Source: a virus (taxonomy: Duplodnaviria > Caudoviricetes). From it: a stretch of 64,000 bases of DNA. This document shows, piece after piece, positions 15,538-25,134 of the stretch. The stretch is from positions 4,656 to 68,655 of IMG/VR virus record IMGVR_UViG_3300038393_003183; one strand, given 5' to 3'. Made by a program: the position numbers and the translations under genes. The first letter of the stretch is position 1; the number at the start of each line of letters is the position of its first letter. The notes beneath the pieces were generated by a model. That model saw only the letters and a list, made by a program, of their open reading frames with translations. It had not been told where the DNA came from and did no database searches.

Positions 15538-16038
15538 ATGGCAACCCTCAAAGAAGCGCCTACCGAAGTCGCGCGCGAGCTGTTCGGCTACCGCAACCAC
15601 ACGGCGGCCACGCTGGCGATCAACGGTGCCGGCGCGGCCACCTTCAAGACCACCAGCGCCTACGCCTACACCAACGACGGCATCTACAAGTCCAAGACCG
15701 CGCTCGCGGCACAGGCTTTCTCGTCCGGCCACGCGGTGCAGGGCACCAGCCAGACCCGCTACTACGTGGTGGGCCTCGACGGTTCCGGCACCGTGACCAC
15801 CTATCAGGGCGCCGCCCCGAACACCAACGCCATCACCGAGGCGCTGGTCAACGGCCAGGCTGCGTCGTCGGTCAAGGGCAGCCTGCCCGACGTGCCGAAC
15901 GGCGTCACCCCGGTGGGCCTGATCAAGGTCGTGACCGACTCGGCCACCACCTTCACCCCGGGCACCACCGCGCTGGACGCTGCCGGCCTGACCGTCACGT
16001 TCTACGACATCGCGCTGATCCCGTCGTCGGCCCCGTGA
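15538..16038 (+). CDS. Capsid cement/decoration protein
   Basis: Thr/Ala/Gly-rich beta protein directly after the major capsid gene; FTPGTTALD motif. Confidence 0.7.
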   Translation: MATLKEAPTEVARELFGYRNHTAATLAINGAGAATFKTTSAYAYTNDGIYKSKTALAAQAFSSGHAVQGTSQTRYYVVGLDGSGTVTTYQGAAPNTNAITEALVNGQAASSVKGSLPDVPNGVTPVGLIKVVTDSATTFTPGTTALDAAGLTVTFYDIALIPSSAP

Positions 16039-16055
16039 TTTTCAACGGGGGGAGC

Positions 16056-16077
16056 CGTTTCAGCATTTGCTGAAACG
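16056..16077. promoter_or_regulatory. 22-bp palindrome CGTTTCAGCA-tt-TGCTGAAACG (candidate operator)
   Basis: 10-bp perfect arms with a 2-bp spacer, immediately before a terminator. Confidence 0.45.
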
Positions 16078-16082
16078 CCCTG

Positions 16083-16110
16083 AACCCGCGCCTTCGTGCG
16101 CGGGTTTTTC
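16083..16110 (+). terminator. Intrinsic terminator after the capsid/cement genes
   Basis: AACCCGCGC-cttcgt-GCGCGGGTT followed by a T-run. Confidence 0.8.
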
Positions 16111-16127
16111 ATTTCTAGGAGAGCAGC

Positions 16128-16478
16128 ATGGCCAAAGCAACCGAAACCAGCATCACCACCATTGACGACGCACCCAAGGCGACCGAGCCTGTTGCTACCG
16201 TCAAGCTCAACGGCAAGGCCGATCCCGAGCTGTCTGGCAAGCGCGTCGAGCTGACCATCATGCAGGACAGCGGCGAGAACGGGCGCGAGCCGGTGTTCGT
16301 CGGCCTCAATGGCACCGGCTACCAGATCCCGCGTGGCATCCCGGTCAACGTGCCCGTCGAAGTGCTGGAAGTGCTCAACAACGCCACCATGACGGTGTAC
16401 GAGAGCAGCGCCGGCATGACCGTGCCGAAGGGCCGCGAAGTGAAACGCTTCGCCTACAACGTGAACCAGCGCGCCTGA
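16128..16478 (+). CDS. Conserved phage protein downstream of the capsid module
   Basis: GGAGAG RBS; PVFVGLNG...QIPRG...VP.EVLEVL motif. Confidence 0.7.
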   Translation: MAKATETSITTIDDAPKATEPVATVKLNGKADPELSGKRVELTIMQDSGENGREPVFVGLNGTGYQIPRGIPVNVPVEVLEVLNNATMTVYESSAGMTVPKGREVKRFAYNVNQRA

Positions 16479-16482
16479 CGCC

Positions 16483-17100
16483 ATGGCGAGCCTGGCCGAA
16501 TTCATGCCGCATGTGCTGCCGCTGGTGCCGGGCTGCCCCGAACCGCTGGCCGAAATGACCCTGCGCGGGGTACTGATCGACTTCTGCACCTTCGCCCCTG
16601 TGGCGCAGGAAGTGCTCGATCCGATCGACGTGATCGCCGGCCAGCCGCAGTACGACATCGACCTGCTGTACGGCGTGAATGCGACCGTGATCCTGGAGGC
16701 GTACTTTCAGGGGCAGCGCATGCAGGTGATCCACAACGACGACGACGAGCGCGGCCGCGAGGCTGCGCCGTTCGTGCTGCGCCAGGCCGCCGACAACACG
16801 TTCACGCTGTACCCGACCCCGACCGAGACGCTGCCCGGCGCAATCACGCTGCGGGTGGCGACCCGCCCCAGCCCGATGGCCAGCCAGATCAGCGATGTGC
16901 TGCTGGCCGACTACGGCTATGAGATCGGCTGCGGCACCGCCGCGCGCCTGATGCTGATCCCGAACCAGCCTTTTTCCAACCCGGCGCTTGCGCCGACCTA
17001 TCAGGCCATCTACGTGGCCGCGCGCACCAACGCCCGCATCCGCGCCGAAAGCTCGTTCGGCATGGCCCAGATCCGCGTCCGTCCGCGCCCCTTCATCTGA
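16483..17100 (+). CDS. Head-tail adaptor-like virion protein
   Basis: 205 aa, positioned between head and tail genes; TFTLYPTP...ITLRVATRP. Confidence 0.55.
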   Translation: MASLAEFMPHVLPLVPGCPEPLAEMTLRGVLIDFCTFAPVAQEVLDPIDVIAGQPQYDIDLLYGVNATVILEAYFQGQRMQVIHNDDDERGREAAPFVLRQAADNTFTLYPTPTETLPGAITLRVATRPSPMASQISDVLLADYGYEIGCGTAARLMLIPNQPFSNPALAPTYQAIYVAARTNARIRAESSFGMAQIRVRPRPFI

Positions 17101-17112
17101 AAGGAACCACCC

Positions 17113-17418
17113 ATGTACGCAACCCAGACCCCGCCCGTCCTCGCCAGCCACATCGGCAACATGCCCGCGCGCGACACCATGCCCGTCGAGCGTGCCATGG
17201 GCCAGCTCGATGACAGCCTCGCGCGCCTGAACACCGTGATCGAGTCGCTGCTGCCGCGGCTGGCGGCGGTGTCGCGCCCGGCAGTGGACGGTTCCACGGT
17301 GGGCCGCGAGCGCGCGCCGGCCGAGTGCATGCTGGTGGACCAGATCACCTCCAGCGCGATCTACGCCGACCATCTGGCCGAAGTGCTGATCGCGGCGCGC
17401 GACCGCCTCTGCATCTGA
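17113..17418 (+). CDS. Hypothetical protein
   Basis: AAGGA RBS; 101 aa; helical. Confidence 0.6.
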   Translation: MYATQTPPVLASHIGNMPARDTMPVERAMGQLDDSLARLNTVIESLLPRLAAVSRPAVDGSTVGRERAPAECMLVDQITSSAIYADHLAEVLIAARDRLCI

Positions 17419-17419
17419 C

Positions 17420-18070
17420 ATGCCTACCGTCACTGGCACCGCGATCATCGACGCCGCCGCCGTCGCCCTGCAGGACTTGGGCGGCACGCGCTGGACCCGC
17501 CCCGAGCTGCTGGACTACCTGAACGCGGGCCAGCGCGCGCTGGTCGTGGCCAAGCCCAATGCCTACGTGCGCCTGACCGACGCGCCACTGGTGGCGGGCA
17601 CCGTCCAGACCTTGCCGGTGGCCGACGGCACCGCCGCGATGGAGCCGATCCAGCTGGTCGCGGTGCTGCGCAACAGTTGCAACGGGCTGGCCGTGCGGCT
17701 GGTCGAGCGCCACCTGCTCGACCTGCACATGCCGGACTGGCACGCCAGGCCGCGGACCAAGGTGGTCAAGCACTACTGCTACAACCCGCTCGACCCCAAG
17801 CGTTTTCTGGTGTACCCGCCCAACGACGGCACCGGCTGCCTTGAGATCGCATGCGCGGCCACGCCGCCGACGCTGCCCAGCGAGGAAGCGACCATCGCGC
17901 TGGACGACATCTACCGCGACGCGCTGCTTGACTACTGCCTGTACCGCGCGTTTGCCAAGGACGCCGAATACGCCGCCGACCCGGCGCGCGCGGCGGCCCA
18001 CTACGCCGCCTTCACGCAGGCGCTCACCACCAAGACCGGCCACGAACAGGCCGAATCGCCCATCCGTTAG
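17420..18070 (+). CDS. Head-tail adaptor protein (DUF6682-like)
   Basis: RWTRPELLDYLNAGQR at the N-terminus; FLVYPP; ALLDYCLYRAFAKDAEY. Confidence 0.65.
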   Translation: MPTVTGTAIIDAAAVALQDLGGTRWTRPELLDYLNAGQRALVVAKPNAYVRLTDAPLVAGTVQTLPVADGTAAMEPIQLVAVLRNSCNGLAVRLVERHLLDLHMPDWHARPRTKVVKHYCYNPLDPKRFLVYPPNDGTGCLEIACAATPPTLPSEEATIALDDIYRDALLDYCLYRAFAKDAEYAADPARAAAHYAAFTQALTTKTGHEQAESPIR

Positions 18071-18096
18071 TTTTCACCCACCTGAAAGGAATCACC

Positions 18097-18501
18097 ATGG
18101 CCCTGCAACTCTCCGTCGCCGTGCGCAATGCGCGCCTCGATGCCATCGAAACGACCATCGGCGCATCGGCCAAGCTGCGCATCCTGACCGGCGCGCCGCC
18201 CGCCGACTGCGCCACCGCGCAGTCGGGCACCCTGCTGGCCGAACTGGCGCTGCCGTCCGACTACCTGTCGAACGCCAGTTCCGGCAGCAAGGTCAAGAGC
18301 GGCACCTGGTCCGGCACCGGCAGCGCATCCGGCACGGCCGGCTACTTCCGCATCGTGGACTCGACCGGCACCACCTGCCACATGCAGGGTACGGTCACGG
18401 CCACCGGCGGCGGCGGCGACATGACGCTCGACAATACGTCGATCGCGTCGAGCCAGGCTATCACGGTCAACACCTTCTCCGTTTCCGACGCCAACGCCTG
18501 A
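18097..18501 (+). CDS. Small virion tail structural protein
   Basis: RNARLDA...GTLLAEL.LP...GTAGYFRI...GGGDMTLDNTSI, a common phage tail motif set. Confidence 0.7.
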   Translation: MALQLSVAVRNARLDAIETTIGASAKLRILTGAPPADCATAQSGTLLAELALPSDYLSNASSGSKVKSGTWSGTGSASGTAGYFRIVDSTGTTCHMQGTVTATGGGGDMTLDNTSIASSQAITVNTFSVSDANA

Positions 18502-18509
18502 GGCTGCCA

Positions 18510-19472
18510 ATGCCGCGCTTCGCCAACTTTGTCGAGGAAACCACGACCAGCATTGCCGGCACGTCCGGCAATGGCGCGGTCACGCTCACGGCGCTGGCGA
18601 ATACCCCGCGCTTCTCGACCGTGTTCGGAACCGGCACCGGGTTGGCCAGCGCCCACCTGGTGCGCTACGTGATCGAGGACACGGTCAACAAGAAGTACGA
18701 AACGGGCCTTGGCAGCATCGACGTGAGTACCAACGTGCTGACCCGCACCCGGCCGCAGGTGACATGGAACGGCACGACTTACAACGACAACGCGCCGTCC
18801 GCGCTGGCGTTCGGCTCGACGCCCAACAGCGGCGACATCCGCATCCGCTGCGCCATGACCGCCGAGCACATGGCGGTCTCGATGCCCGCCTCGCCCACGT
18901 CGGTCGGCAACTTTGGCGACACCTGGTGGAACTACCCGCTCAGTGCGCACTTCGGCAATTTCCGCACCGACGACACGTCGGCCTATGGCTACGCCAGCGG
19001 GCTCGAAGTCTATGCCTACTACAAGCAGGAAACCGCCGGCCGGCTGACCGGGTTGCAGTTTGAAGTCACCAGCGTGACCGGCACGGTCAACCAAGATCTG
19101 GCACTGTATGCGCTCGACGCCAACGGCTTGCCATCGGCCAAGCTCATCGCGTTTGGCGTGCAGGCCATCAGCACCACCGGCGTCAAGACCCTGACCAGCA
19201 CGGCAAGCTGGACGCCAGCAGGCAGCCTCTGGCTCAATCCCGACTGGTACGCCGTCGGGTTTCTGGCCGACGGCAACATCAGCTTCAAGACGTTCGGCGC
19301 GACCACCACCAAGGGGCTGGACCGCACGCCGCTGGGGCGCTATGGCAACACGGACAACGGCCACCTGGTGACCAAGTCTACCGTACTGACGGCGATGCCG
19401 GCGGTCGCGTCGCTCGGCTCCCCTGGCGTTTCGGACGGCGCGATCTGGTTTGGTTTGAAAGTCACGCCATGA
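18510..19472 (+). CDS. Tail fibre / receptor-binding protein
   Basis: N-terminal anchor (VEETTTS.GT.G.VTL...YETGLG) plus a beta-rich C-terminal head. Confidence 0.65.
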   Translation: MPRFANFVEETTTSIAGTSGNGAVTLTALANTPRFSTVFGTGTGLASAHLVRYVIEDTVNKKYETGLGSIDVSTNVLTRTRPQVTWNGTTYNDNAPSALAFGSTPNSGDIRIRCAMTAEHMAVSMPASPTSVGNFGDTWWNYPLSAHFGNFRTDDTSAYGYASGLEVYAYYKQETAGRLTGLQFEVTSVTGTVNQDLALYALDANGLPSAKLIAFGVQAISTTGVKTLTSTASWTPAGSLWLNPDWYAVGFLADGNISFKTFGATTTKGLDRTPLGRYGNTDNGHLVTKSTVLTAMPAVASLGSPGVSDGAIWFGLKVTP

Positions 19473-19909
19473 TTGCCTACACCGAAAAGGGCTACGGCCT
19501 GCACGCCGCAATCCAGGCTGCCGGCCACTGGCTGCGCGAACAGGACGGCGTGTGGCTGGCCAGCGACGACGCCGCCGTGCAGGCGATCATCGACGGCTAC
19601 AGCCTGACCGACGCCATCGCCGCCCCCATCGCCGCCGTCAAGGCGCTGGCGCGCCAGAAGATCCTCGCGTTCCTGCCAGAGTGGAAGCAGTCGAACTACA
19701 ACGCGCGCATGAACGAGCTGAACGACGCGCGCTTCTCGCGCGCCCTGACCCCGCAGGAAGAAAGCGAGATCGCCGTGATGCGCACCGCATGGGACACCGC
19801 CAAGGCGATCCGGGCGGCGTCGGACGCACATGAAACGGCGCTGCGGGCGCTGGACTCGTTTGCGGAGATCACCGCCTACGACATCACCGCTGGCTGGCCG
19901 GAAAGCTGA
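19469..19909 (+). CDS. Tail fibre assembly chaperone-like protein
   Basis: Coupled to the fibre gene; ends AYDITAGWP, typical of chaperones. Confidence 0.6.
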   Translation: MIAYTEKGYGLHAAIQAAGHWLREQDGVWLASDDAAVQAIIDGYSLTDAIAAPIAAVKALARQKILAFLPEWKQSNYNARMNELNDARFSRALTPQEESEIAVMRTAWDTAKAIRAASDAHETALRALDSFAEITAYDITAGWPES

Positions 19910-19911
19910 AC

Positions 19912-21681
19912 ATGAGCCTCGGTCTGCTGCCCCTCGGGCGCGCCCGGCTGGGCGATGTCGCCACGCTGGCGGCTCCGGCCAACGCCGACCTGAATGGCGC
20001 GCTGGGCGCGGCCACCGCCAGCGCCGATGCAAGCGTGGCGATCACCGCCACGGCCAGCCGCACGCTCGGAACGGCCAGTTCCAGCGCCGCCGCAACGGTG
20101 GCGATCACTGCCACGGCCAGCCAGACACTCGGCCCGGCCAGCCCCAGCGCCACCGCGAACGCGGCAACCAGCGTGACGGCCAGCGTCACCTTGGGCAGCC
20201 TGACCGTCAGCTCTGGCGCGGGCGTGGCGATCACCGCGCAACGCAGCGGCACGCTCGGCGCGGCCAGCCTCACCGCCAGCGCCGCCGCCACCACCGCCGC
20301 CACGCTGTCGGCACCGCTGACCGCGCTGACCGGCGCGGCGTCCGGCACCGTGGGCGATGCCGCCCAGGAGAGCAGTACCCTCGGTCCGCTGACCGCCAGC
20401 GGCAGCGCCAGCGTCGCGCTGGCCGCCGCCGCCAGCCGCACGCTGGGCGCGGCAGCGACCACCAGCGCCGTCGGTGTCGCCGTCGCCGCCGCTGCCAGCA
20501 GTACCTTCGGCACCGCGACCACCAGCGCCGCCGCCAGCGGCGCCGTTGCCGCCACCGCCACCAGCACCTTGGGCGCGGCCAGCAGCGTGGCCAGCGCGTC
20601 CGTGGCCGATGCAGCCGCGCTCGCACGCTCGTTCGCGCCGCTGACGCTTGCGCTGACCGCCAGCGCCGCTGACACGGCCGCTGCGGCGCTGGCCTGCGGG
20701 GGGCTGACCGGCACGGCGAGCGCCGCCGCCACCGTGGCCGCAGTTACCGCCGCCACGCTGGGCGCGGCTAGTATCACCGCCAGCGCGGCAGTGGGCGATA
20801 CGGCGCAGGAAAACAGCACGCTCGCGCCCCTCGCCGGTGCCGCCAGCGCCACCGTGCTGACCAGCGCCGCAGCAGCCAAGGCACTGGCCCCGGCCAGCGC
20901 CGCATCGACCGCGACCGTCGCGCTGACGGCTACCGCCACGGCCACGCTGGCACCGGCCACGGGCATCGCCAGCGCCGCCGTGCTGGTCGTACTGGACGGG
21001 CCGCTCGCGCTGGCACCAGCCAGCATCGCCAGCACCGTCGGCGTGACCGTCGGACTCAATGGCGTGGCACCGCTGTCGCCTGCCGTGGTCCACGGCACCG
21101 CCGCCCTGGTGGTGATGGCCGATGCCGGCACCGCGTTCGACCCTGCCAGTTGCCACGCCATCGGCACCGTACTGCTGGTCGCGGACGCCGCACCCACGCT
21201 GGCCCCTACGCTGCTGGACGCCAGCGCGGCTGAACTGGACGCCGCTGCCATCGCAGGCACCCTCGGTCCGCTGTCGATCAGCGCCACGGCCGGGCCGCTG
21301 GTGCGCGCGGTGCTGAACGAGGGGCTGGAGGCGGCCACCGTCAGCGCCGACGGCGAGCATGTCACCGTCGCGCTGCTGGATGCGGCGCTGGGCAGCCTGA
21401 CCGGAGGGGCCGATGGCAGCGCCGCTGCCGGCCTGACGCTGCTGGCGGCACTGGACCCGGTCGGCTTTGCCGCCGACGCCCGCAGCAGCACGCGCGTGGC
21501 ACTGGCGGCAGGAACCTGCGGCGCGCTGCTGCTCAGTGCCGACGCCAGCGTGGCGCTGACGGCCAGTCTCGCGGCGCGCCTTGGCAAGGCCACCACCGGC
21601 ACCGGACTGCGCCTGCTGCCCGAGCTGGCCATGCGACCGCTGCGGCGCCCGTTCACCGACCGCGTGATGCAGCACCGATAG
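19912..21681 (+). CDS. Ala/Thr-rich repetitive fibre protein
   Basis: Recurrent A-x-V-x-I/V-x-A-x-A-S-x-T-L-G units; C-terminal RRPFTDRVM. Confidence 0.7.
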   Translation: MSLGLLPLGRARLGDVATLAAPANADLNGALGAATASADASVAITATASRTLGTASSSAAATVAITATASQTLGPASPSATANAATSVTASVTLGSLTVSSGAGVAITAQRSGTLGAASLTASAAATTAATLSAPLTALTGAASGTVGDAAQESSTLGPLTASGSASVALAAAASRTLGAAATTSAVGVAVAAAASSTFGTATTSAAASGAVAATATSTLGAASSVASASVADAAALARSFAPLTLALTASAADTAAAALACGGLTGTASAAATVAAVTAATLGAASITASAAVGDTAQENSTLAPLAGAASATVLTSAAAAKALAPASAASTATVALTATATATLAPATGIASAAVLVVLDGPLALAPASIASTVGVTVGLNGVAPLSPAVVHGTAALVVMADAGTAFDPASCHAIGTVLLVADAAPTLAPTLLDASAAELDAAAIAGTLGPLSISATAGPLVRAVLNEGLEAATVSADGEHVTVALLDAALGSLTGGADGSAAAGLTLLAALDPVGFAADARSSTRVALAAGTCGALLLSADASVALTASLAARLGKATTGTGLRLLPELAMRPLRRPFTDRVMQHR

Positions 21682-21714
21682 CCTGATCCTGATCCCGCTT
21701 TCACGGAGAACACC

Positions 21715-22770
21715 ATGAGCCTGCTGTTTATCGATGGCTTCGACCATTACGCCACGGCCGACCTGAACAAGAAGGGCTGGACCAACACCAGCAACTCGCC
21801 AGGCATGATCGCCCCCACTGGCGGGCGGCGCGGTGGCGGCGCGCTGAGCGGCAGCATGACTGGCGACGGCTTTGAATTCAACGTGCGGCGCAGCTTCACG
21901 TCCGTTGCCACCGTGGTCGTTGGCTGCGCGTTCGCGGCACAGTTCGGCGTCGGTGTCATCGACGGCGGCAACCAGATTCTGCTGCTGCGCGACACCAACA
22001 CCACGCAGGCATCGCTGTACGTGACGTTCGACGGCATCCTCAATGTGTACCTCGGTGACGATGCCTCCAGCCTGATCGCCACTTCCGGCACGCCGGTACT
22101 GACGTTGGACGGGAACTACGACTACATCGAGTGGAAGTACACGGTGGACCCGAGCGCCGGCGCGACCGAGGTGCGCGTGAACGGCGTCACTGTTGCCAGC
22201 GCCTCGGGCGTGAATACGCGTGCGTCGGCCAACAGCAGCGCCAACGTGCTGGTGCTGGGGCACTGGCCGTATCTCTATCCCTACGCTATGACGTTCTGGT
22301 ACGACGACCTGTACCTGCTCAACACCAGCGGCACGGCCAACAACGACTTCCTCGGTGACTGCCGTGTCGTGACCCTGCGTCCCGTGGCCGATGGCAGCTA
22401 CAGCGACTTTGTGCCGTCGAGCGGCACCGCGCACTACGCGCTGGTCGATGACACCACCCCCGACACGACCGACTACGTCAGCAGCCTGACGCCCGGCGAC
22501 AAGGACAGCTACGTGTTCTCGGACGTGACCGGCAGCGGCAGCGTGTTCGGGGTGCAGGTGGTCAATGGCGCGCTCAAGGACGACGGCGGCATTCGCACGA
22601 TGGCCAACCTGGTGAAGTCCGGCGCCAGCGAAGTGCAATCGACGCCGGTCACGCCGCGCACCAGCCTGACCTATACCGCAACGGTCCATGAAACCGACCC
22701 GGCCACCAGCGCGCAATGGACCGTCGCCGCCGTCAACGCCGCCGAGTTTGGCGTGGTGCTGGTGTCCTGA
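21715..22770 (+). CDS. Tail-associated beta-sandwich protein, paralog A1
   Basis: Starts MSLLFIDGFDHY, ends NAAEFGV; paralog of 25134-26186. Confidence 0.75.
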   Translation: MSLLFIDGFDHYATADLNKKGWTNTSNSPGMIAPTGGRRGGGALSGSMTGDGFEFNVRRSFTSVATVVVGCAFAAQFGVGVIDGGNQILLLRDTNTTQASLYVTFDGILNVYLGDDASSLIATSGTPVLTLDGNYDYIEWKYTVDPSAGATEVRVNGVTVASASGVNTRASANSSANVLVLGHWPYLYPYAMTFWYDDLYLLNTSGTANNDFLGDCRVVTLRPVADGSYSDFVPSSGTAHYALVDDTTPDTTDYVSSLTPGDKDSYVFSDVTGSGSVFGVQVVNGALKDDGGIRTMANLVKSGASEVQSTPVTPRTSLTYTATVHETDPATSAQWTVAAVNAAEFGVVLVS

Positions 22771-22786
22771 AAGGAGCGGAACAATC

Positions 22787-23848
22787 ATGACGATCCTGTT
22801 TGTCGGTGGCGAAGAAGGCGATTTCATCAAGACTTCGAGCGCGTGCAGCGTCGATACGGCGACGACGGCGGCGCGCCGCACGACGCTGGCGCGCTGCTCG
22901 CTGAAGGTGTTTTCCAACCTGTCCCTAACAGACAGCTGGAGCGCCACGTTTCCCGGCGGTGGCGTGACCAGCTTCTGGCTGACCGCGCGCTGCTACTACA
23001 ACCGTATCTCGGCCATCGGAAACCTGTTCGCCGCGCGCGGCCTCGCCTTCACCAGCGGCGGCGTGACGCGGCTGGCGGTGTGCCCCGGTGCCGCCGTTGG
23101 CTCCAACATCGTCAGCGCCGGGCTGGTCAACCAGCCGATCGCGCTGTGCAAGATCACTGCCAGCGGCACCAAGACCACGCTGGCCAGCTCCAGCGTGAAC
23201 TTCATGGGGTGGAACACCATGGCCCGGTTCGACGTGCAGGTGCAGAACTACGGCGCAACCGCTACCGTCACCGTCTATCTGGAGGGCGTGCAGGTGCTGA
23301 CCTATACCGGCGACGTGACCACCGATGGCGCAACCAGCCTTGACGGCGTGCGGCTGCACTCGTTCGTCAACAGCGACACAACCAACGCCGAAGCGTTCCA
23401 CTGGTCGGAAGTGATTGCCGCCACCACCGACACACGCAGTGTGGCGCTGGCCACGCTGGCACCGGCCGCCACCGGCAACGCCTTCGCCTGGAGCGGCAAC
23501 GTGGCGGCGCTCAACGAGACCACACTGGACGACACCACGATTGCCAGCAGCACCAGCGCCGGGCAGGTGCTGGAAACCACCGTCACCAACACCACCGTGT
23601 CGGCCACGGCGGCGGTGCAGGCGGTGGTGGTCAGTGCGCGCGCGATGAAGGGCGCAACCGGCCCGACCAGTGTCAACCTGCTGGTGCGCACGGGCGGGGC
23701 CGACTACGCCATCGGGCCGCAGGCGCTGCCGACCGGCTTTGGGCGCCTGCAGGGGGTGTGGGCCACCAACCCGGCCACCGGCGCGGCGTGGAGCGCGAGC
23801 GACCTGACCGCTGCTGGATTCAACATCGGCGTGCAGAGCGCCGCCTAA
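22787..23848 (+). CDS. Tail-associated beta-sandwich protein, divergent paralog A2
   Basis: AAGGAG RBS; similar length and two-domain layout; ends NPATGAAWSASDLTAAGFNIGV. Confidence 0.7.
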   Translation: MTILFVGGEEGDFIKTSSACSVDTATTAARRTTLARCSLKVFSNLSLTDSWSATFPGGGVTSFWLTARCYYNRISAIGNLFAARGLAFTSGGVTRLAVCPGAAVGSNIVSAGLVNQPIALCKITASGTKTTLASSSVNFMGWNTMARFDVQVQNYGATATVTVYLEGVQVLTYTGDVTTDGATSLDGVRLHSFVNSDTTNAEAFHWSEVIAATTDTRSVALATLAPAATGNAFAWSGNVAALNETTLDDTTIASSTSAGQVLETTVTNTTVSATAAVQAVVVSARAMKGATGPTSVNLLVRTGGADYAIGPQALPTGFGRLQGVWATNPATGAAWSASDLTAAGFNIGVQSAA

Positions 23849-23860
23849 GCCATGTAACCG

Positions 23861-24835
23861 ATGGCCGACGTTTCCAAGCTGACCGGCTACGCGCTGGTGG
23901 GCGGCGCGCCCGATGGTGCCAGCGCCTCCAAGCTGACTAGCTATGCCGTGGTCGGTGGCGCGCCCGACGGGGCCAGCGCCGCCAAGCTCACTGGCTATGC
24001 CGTGGTCGGCGGCGCACCCGACGCGGCGAGCGCGGCCAAGCTGACTGGCTACGTCGTGTTCGATGCACCGGCGTGCATCAGCCAGTTGGCGGCCGAGGCG
24101 CTGCTGCCCGCCTACCCCACGCTGCGCAGCGGCCAGTTGGCGGCCGAGGCGCTGCTGCTGCCCGACTCCGCGCTGCGCAGCAACCAGTTGGCGGTCGAGG
24201 TGCTGCTGGGTGATGCGGTGCCGGACGACCCGACCCCAGACCCGATAACCGCAGTGGCCGAGCTGACCTTGGCCCCGCTGCTGTTCAGTGCGACCGCAGC
24301 GGTGCTGGTCAAGGCCGATGCGCCGCTGCCGCTCGCTCCTGGCGTAGTGGCCGCTGACGGGGTGGTGCTGGTCGCCGCCGATGCCGCAGCGGTGCTGGCC
24401 GCGCCGCTGTCGTCGGCAGCCGGCACCGTGCTGGTGGTGGCCGATGGCGCACCGACCGCGCCCGCCTGCCTGCTGGCATCCGGGGGCGGGGTGCTGGTGG
24501 TGGCCGATGCCGCGCTGCCGTGCGCCACCCTGCTGCTCGACGCCGCAGGCACGCCGGTGGTCGGCATCAGCGCCGACCTGCCGTGCGCGCCGTGCGCGGT
24601 GGCCGCCGACGGCGCGCTGGTGGTGGGCGTGACGCTCGACACGCTGCCGGAGCCGAGCACCGCCGCCGCCGACGGTGTCGTGCTGGTGACGGGCAATGCC
24701 GACATGACCGCGCTGTTGCTGCCCCTGCGGGTATCGAGCGCGTTTGCCGCGCCGCCGCCGCTGCGCGCCATCGACGCGCTGTGCGTGCTGCGACGCCCGA
24801 CTTTTGACCGCGTGATGCGAAGGGAACCACCGTGA
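23861..24835 (+). CDS. Repeat-containing tail protein B1
   Basis: 18-aa repeats KLTGYAVVGGAPDGASA and 17-aa repeats QLAAEALL; C-terminal RRPTFDRVM. Confidence 0.7.
   Translation: MADVSKLTGYALVGGAPDGASASKLTSYAVVGGAPDGASAAKLTGYAVVGGAPDAASAAKLTGYVVFDAPACISQLAAEALLPAYPTLRSGQLAAEALLLPDSALRSNQLAVEVLLGDAVPDDPTPDPITAVAELTLAPLLFSATAAVLVKADAPLPLAPGVVAADGVVLVAADAAAVLAAPLSSAAGTVLVVADGAPTAPACLLASGGGVLVVADAALPCATLLLDAAGTPVVGISADLPCAPCAVAADGALVVGVTLDTLPEPSTAAADGVVLVTGNADMTALLLPLRVSSAFAAPPPLRAIDALCVLRRPTFDRVMRREPP
23873..24070 (+). repeat. About 3.6 x 54-bp coding repeat in B1
   Basis: (S/A)KLT(G/S)YA(L/V)VGGAPD(G/A)ASA repeated. Confidence 0.85.
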
Positions 24836-25134
24836 TACTAGGCAAATTCATCAAGCAGCCGGCCGAGCGCGAAGCCTACGCCATCGAGTACGAGGACGAT
24901 CTGGCCAGCGGCGACACGATCCTGATCTCGCCCGTCATTACGGTGGCGCAGATCGGCAGCGCCGCCGATCCCACGCCGCTGCTCCTCGACGCCACCGACA
25001 CCACCGACACGCGCGCGACCATGTGGCTGTCGGGCGGCACCAACGGCGTGTCGTACAAGGTCACGGTCACAACCACCACCAACTCGGGCCGCATCCTGCA
25101 GGACGAGTTCATCCTGAAGATAAAGGACTACTGA
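24832..25134 (+). CDS. Phage fibre-tail adaptor-like protein
   Basis: FIKQPAE...MWLSGGTNGVSYKVTVTTTTNSGR motif. Confidence 0.7.
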   Translation: MILGKFIKQPAEREAYAIEYEDDLASGDTILISPVITVAQIGSAADPTPLLLDATDTTDTRATMWLSGGTNGVSYKVTVTTTTNSGRILQDEFILKIKDY

